Under the pieces are notes generated by a model. That model saw only the letters and a program-made list of their open reading frames with translations, was not told the origin of the DNA and searched no databases. 64,000 nt of DNA. Source: Chrysomallon squamiferum. Taxonomy: Eukaryota > Animalia > Mollusca. How positions within the stretch are numbered: position 1 is the stretch's first letter; each line of letters starts with the position of its first letter. The stretch covers positions 29,822,001-29,886,000 of the forward strand of contig CM022673.1 of the NCBI GenBank assembly GCA_012295275.1. Reading direction: 5' to 3'. This document shows, piece after piece, positions 59,437 through 64,000 of this stretch. Made by a program: the position numbers and the translations under genes.

Positions 59437-59476
<40 letters not shown>

Positions 59477-61797
59477 GAATGTTTAGCTTGTTTTTCAGAA
59501 TTTTATGGTATTACGATTGGTTTAAAACCACATGAATTACTATTATTAGTATTTTAAATCAAGATTTATTTTCTTAGAAACAGATTTTTTTTCACTAGAT
59601 TTTGTCATTATTTTTAAATATATCTTATTATTTTTATTTCGTACAGAATTTGTAGACTGACAGTAAATTATCATTCTTGAATTGTTTCATTTGCCCAAAA
59701 ATGATCCTGTGTATTTAATATTTGTATTGTATAAAAATCTTAAAACACACATCTTTCCTAACTGATTTTAAGAAAAAAAAAAAAAAAAATATTAAAAATT
59801 AAAAATACAGATTTATTGTTACAAAGTTAAATTATTCAAAATAACTACATATGTTAAATGACGTATTATGTGTGATAAAAATTAACAAAACTTGGTTTAT
59901 TTTTATGCTGCTAAACTAAATACCTGTAACATTAGAAAAAGTTATTTTTTTCATAAAAAATACCATCATACATGCATTTTCTTTAAATCCTAATTCTTTA
60001 TCAGTGAAGTATATTTAATTCATTCTGAAAATGCTTTTTAAACATCTTTATACAGATAACTGTTATTTGTTCGTCTTAAAATTATTTCATTTACCAATGA
60101 TGAAATAATTTACAAAGACAAATGGGAGATGACATTTTCTCTTTTACTGTAAAGAGATACAAAATAATTAAATCTGACCAAATTGTTTGTGGGGAAAATC
60201 CTCAGTCTTATAGGGAAAATTTGGACTTCAACATAACATTAAATTATGATTTTAAATATGGGTATTTTGGGGTTGAGTTACAACAATCATTGTAAGGATT
60301 TATTTATGCTTGTTCATAAAAGTATACTTTAAGCTAGGTTTCCATGTCTTATTTGGTTAATAATATATTTCATGTTTATCTTTGTATACGTAGTAAGCAA
60401 AATGTTTTTAATATCTCATGTTGCAATACATCAGTGGTATAAATGTGCAATTTGTGCTTTTATCTTTTGCTGCTGTGTTTGTTCAGTTTTTTTTTACAAA
60501 AGGATGCATAATTAATGTTACAATATGTGGTCATAATAGTGTAATTAAGCTATGGTCTATTTTCACTTAATTATTTATTTATTCATTCATTAACAGGTAA
60601 TGGCATCCAAACTGTGCAGCTTCCCACAAGGCCTGAATCAGTTAAAAATTGCTATAATTTCCAGGCTTGGCACATACACATTTTTGTTCAAAGGAGCATG
60701 CACACTTTTTTTTTTGGATTAAAATACATGATTTTTTTTTTTTTTTTTTTTTTTTATAAAGAATATGGCCCTTTCTTGCACTGTCACAACATAACATGCC
60801 TTCCTACATGTTGCAAAATACACATGTCTTCATAGTGGACTTGTCACTGTTTTCCCATTTGCACAAAAGGCTTAAGATAGGTCTCTGATTCTTGGAATTT
60901 TTAAAATTGAGCAACATTTTGTTTTGGGACTTAGAAAACAAGTTTTTGAAATGAAAATTCAGATGTTAAAAAATATTCATGTTTTTTGATTAAGGAAGTT
61001 GATGTTACAGATATCAAGCAAGGTAATTTATGATCAGTGTATGCATGTTTTAATCAGTTTGAATTTGGCTTTAACATTAGTTTGTTTTTGGTCACCATTT
61101 CAGTGTATTTTAATAAATAAAAAAAGGGAAGGGAAAGATTACAAAAAGCTTTTTGGTGAGGACCTGATAAATTGGGGCATGCTGAAAGTTAACTTACCTT
61201 GATCTTAAACTCAGTGATTTGACCTCACCATGAGTATGTATTGCAATATCTCAACAAAATGTGGATTATAATTAAACATTTTGTTGTATTATAAAGTATT
61301 GAGAGAAAACTATCAAAATGCCATCCAATTTTAGGGCTTAAGAGCTACTTTTTGTGAGCTGCTAGCTCAGATCTAAGTGAGGTGAATTTGGAAAAAAACA
61401 TTAAACAATATCTATATGTTAAATGCTTGCAAAATCAGGATTTCTGAAATGGTATTTTTTAACTTCTTATTTTTTTCTTTTTTTTTACTGAAACATTTCA
61501 GAATGTTATTAACCATAATTTTTGTTGGAATGAAGCTAGAAAGAATCTATGACATACAAAAACAAAATGACAATTGTTGCTCCAAGATTACATTTTGAAT
61601 GCCAGTACCTATTATTATCATTTTGTGTAAAAATAAATTCATAGTTTTAATATTTTTATTTAAAGTCATCTGCTGATGTTTCCCCTTCTGCTACACCAAG
61701 TGAAACTGGTTTGAGTGGTACTCATGCACCTAAGTATGGAACAGTCATTCCAAATAGAATATTTGTTGGTGGAATAGCAGCCAATGTCAATAGTGCA
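59100..61797 (+). CDS. BOLL: Boule (DAZ-family RRM germline RNA-binding protein), first coding exons (59100-59102, 61666-61785/61797); gene is 3'-partial
   Basis: A lone ATG followed by gtaagt splices in phase 0 to taaag|SSADVSPSATPSETGLSGTHAPKYGTVIPNRIFVGGIAAN. APKYGTxIPNRIFVGGI is the signature entry to the Boule RRM (RNP2). The ATG exon assignment is inferred. Confidence 0.92.
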
Positions 61798-64000
61798 GTA
61801 AGTATTGTTATTTAGCATTACTGATTTAAACTGAAAAACAAAGGATTAAATATATTTTAAAATGTTTTCTGAGACCCAGTAATGAACTTAATTAAGTTGG
61901 AAATCAGAACTTGGTATTAATTGTAATGCTTTTCTGGTAAAAAAAAATAAAACAGTGATATATTGCTCCAGAATTTAAAATGTACATGTGCAATATAAAT
62001 AAAGTATTATAATTTTTTTATTGTTATTTTTAAAAAGTTTAGTTACTTGTTCTTACAGATTGTCTAAATACTTTAACTTGTATGGAGTACAGTATAATAG
62101 CAAGCAAATGGAGCTGTTTAAATTTTTTATTTTTTTATTGATATTTCATGAATAAAAATATTATTGAAAAAGTAACTTTCCTGTAACATTCTAAAGCCTG
62201 TTTGATTGTATTTTTATTTATTAATATTATGTACAACAGCAGCAGTTGAATCCGACTCTTTTGAAGTAGCTAGAAAGGCCAAAATGCTTCTGATTTCTAA
62301 CATATTAATGGATTATATTATAAGAACACTGCATTTTAATTTTTGTAATTTTCTTTTTTATCTGAATATTTAACAAATATAATTATTTCATTAAAAAACA
62401 TTTCAAAATAACCAGTCACTGTGATGTAAATTGCATGGAAATAAAAATGATGATTAACTTGGAATTGTTTATTGGTTGTTTAATTATAATCTACAGAGTG
62501 AAATTATAACCTGTATTTGAAAAATGTGAAATTTTAAACAAGACCATCTCTTGAATATATAGCAAGATCGAAAAAAGAAAGAAAAATAAGCACATTGAAA
62601 AATCCTCCTCACATTCAAATTAAGACTTATTGCAATGTATTTATCCCAGCAGTTCTGGTATCACTTGAAAGATTGTTTCATATCCTTTTCATTGTTATGC
62701 AAAACTAAACATAACACTTACAGAGGCAATGGCCATATCAGTTTAACAACTTTACCACTGGCCAATTAACAGTTTTGTTTTTAAAATGGCTTTATGTATA
62801 TGGCATAATTCTTTCTCAGTGTAGTCTGATATTATTAGTTATAATGATCACTTAATTAATGATACAGCTATTTTAATTTATTTTACATATTAAAAGACCT
62901 CCCAAAAAAAAAAAAAAAAAAAATTTGCCTATATTCTGCTCTAGAAAAGACTCCCTTTATTGAAGAATATGTAACATATTTTCTGATTTTCTTAAAAAGA
63001 AAGAACTTTTCTTTATTTTTTACTACTGAAATGGATTGTAATATCAGTTATATAGTTTTATCCAGTTGACTTTTATTTTGTTTTGGAATACAAATTATGC
63101 TATATATTTAAAAAAATATGCTCATATATACTCTGTTTTGGAGTGCTTTCAGGCATCTAAATATTAGACATTAGAAATGGAATTACTCTATCAAGAACTG
63201 TTTTATACACTTTTATCAGTATTAATCTTTTTCTTAGTTTTACTATTGCATACTGCAGAGCTGAACATATAAGCTGTTTCTTATGGTAGTAGTAAAACAG
63301 ATTTCAATATATGGTCACAATAATTTGTTTATCAAATTAATGTTTGTTGTGAGAGGTTCAAAATGGCTAGTCACATTTGCTGATGCTGCCTACATACTGT
63401 CAGTATTCAGAAGGTCATGTCTCAAAAAGTAAGCAAGATATCAGAATAATTTTTGTATTTTGTGTTGTGTTCAAAAGTTCTATTTAAGGAGTCACACAGT
63501 GGTGATATATATATTAATATTTTTTATTAGAGTTGGCTGAAATTGTAACACAGTAAAAAAAGAGAAATAAAACTTAAAAACCAAAATATATCAAACTCTC
63601 AAGGAGACCAGATTGGGTCTATTTCACTAGTTCAACTTACTATCCAAATCTCTATAACTGATGGGTCAAATCCACTTCAATTTTGCAGGCAGATTAGGTT
63701 TTTTGAACAAATTTTAAATGTCATTCTTACAACATCATAACAGATGAACATTTTTGCATCATAAAATACTTCTTTATTTGGTTTGTTTTGTTTAATCATT
63801 ATTGTTCTTTCATAACTGATTGAAATTTTCACAGATGTTTGCTGAGATGTATATAAAAGAAAATACAGTTCAGTAAGAAAATCAGTGTTAAAATTTGATA
63901 ATATCATTATCTGAAGTTTTTTTTTCTCAGTGCCTCCCAATTGCATCAGAATTGATCTTTTCTACAAATGTTACCATATGTTTTTGCCAGCAGTCCAACA

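Noticed and set aside
60597-60720. Possible extra boule exon (taacag|gtaATGGCATCC...)
   Set aside because: There is no convincing in-phase donor before the stop, and no Boule-like sequence.

Overview
This is AT-rich, microsatellite-dense, intron-containing animal DNA. A whitnin/PKYMDT neuropeptide gene points to a lophotrochozoan, most likely a mollusc and plausibly a cephalopod; the species cannot be fixed from sequence. Most entries in the ORF track are simple-repeat artefacts, so real genes were rebuilt by hand from splice sites. Left to right: (1) the last two coding exons of PRPF40 (+); (2) a whitnin/SPTR/PKYMDT neuropeptide precursor (+, non-coding first exon at ~15.8 kb, coding exons 21216-25214); (3) a complete 8-exon SNF8/VPS22 gene (-) with one GC-AG intron; (4) two tandem, unrecognised 5-exon genes (+, 41203-43756 and 48074-54038); (5) the 5' end of boule (+). 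The two unrecognised genes are the most interesting feature. They share intron phases 2-0-1-1, the same predicted length (249 aa), the same layout (two hydrophobic segments, an xQT motif, a C-terminal coiled coil) and CRE palindromes in their promoters, yet have little visible sequence similarity. Several MITE-type elements, a degenerate SINE, short duplications and a 1.2-kb trinucleotide satellite are also present.
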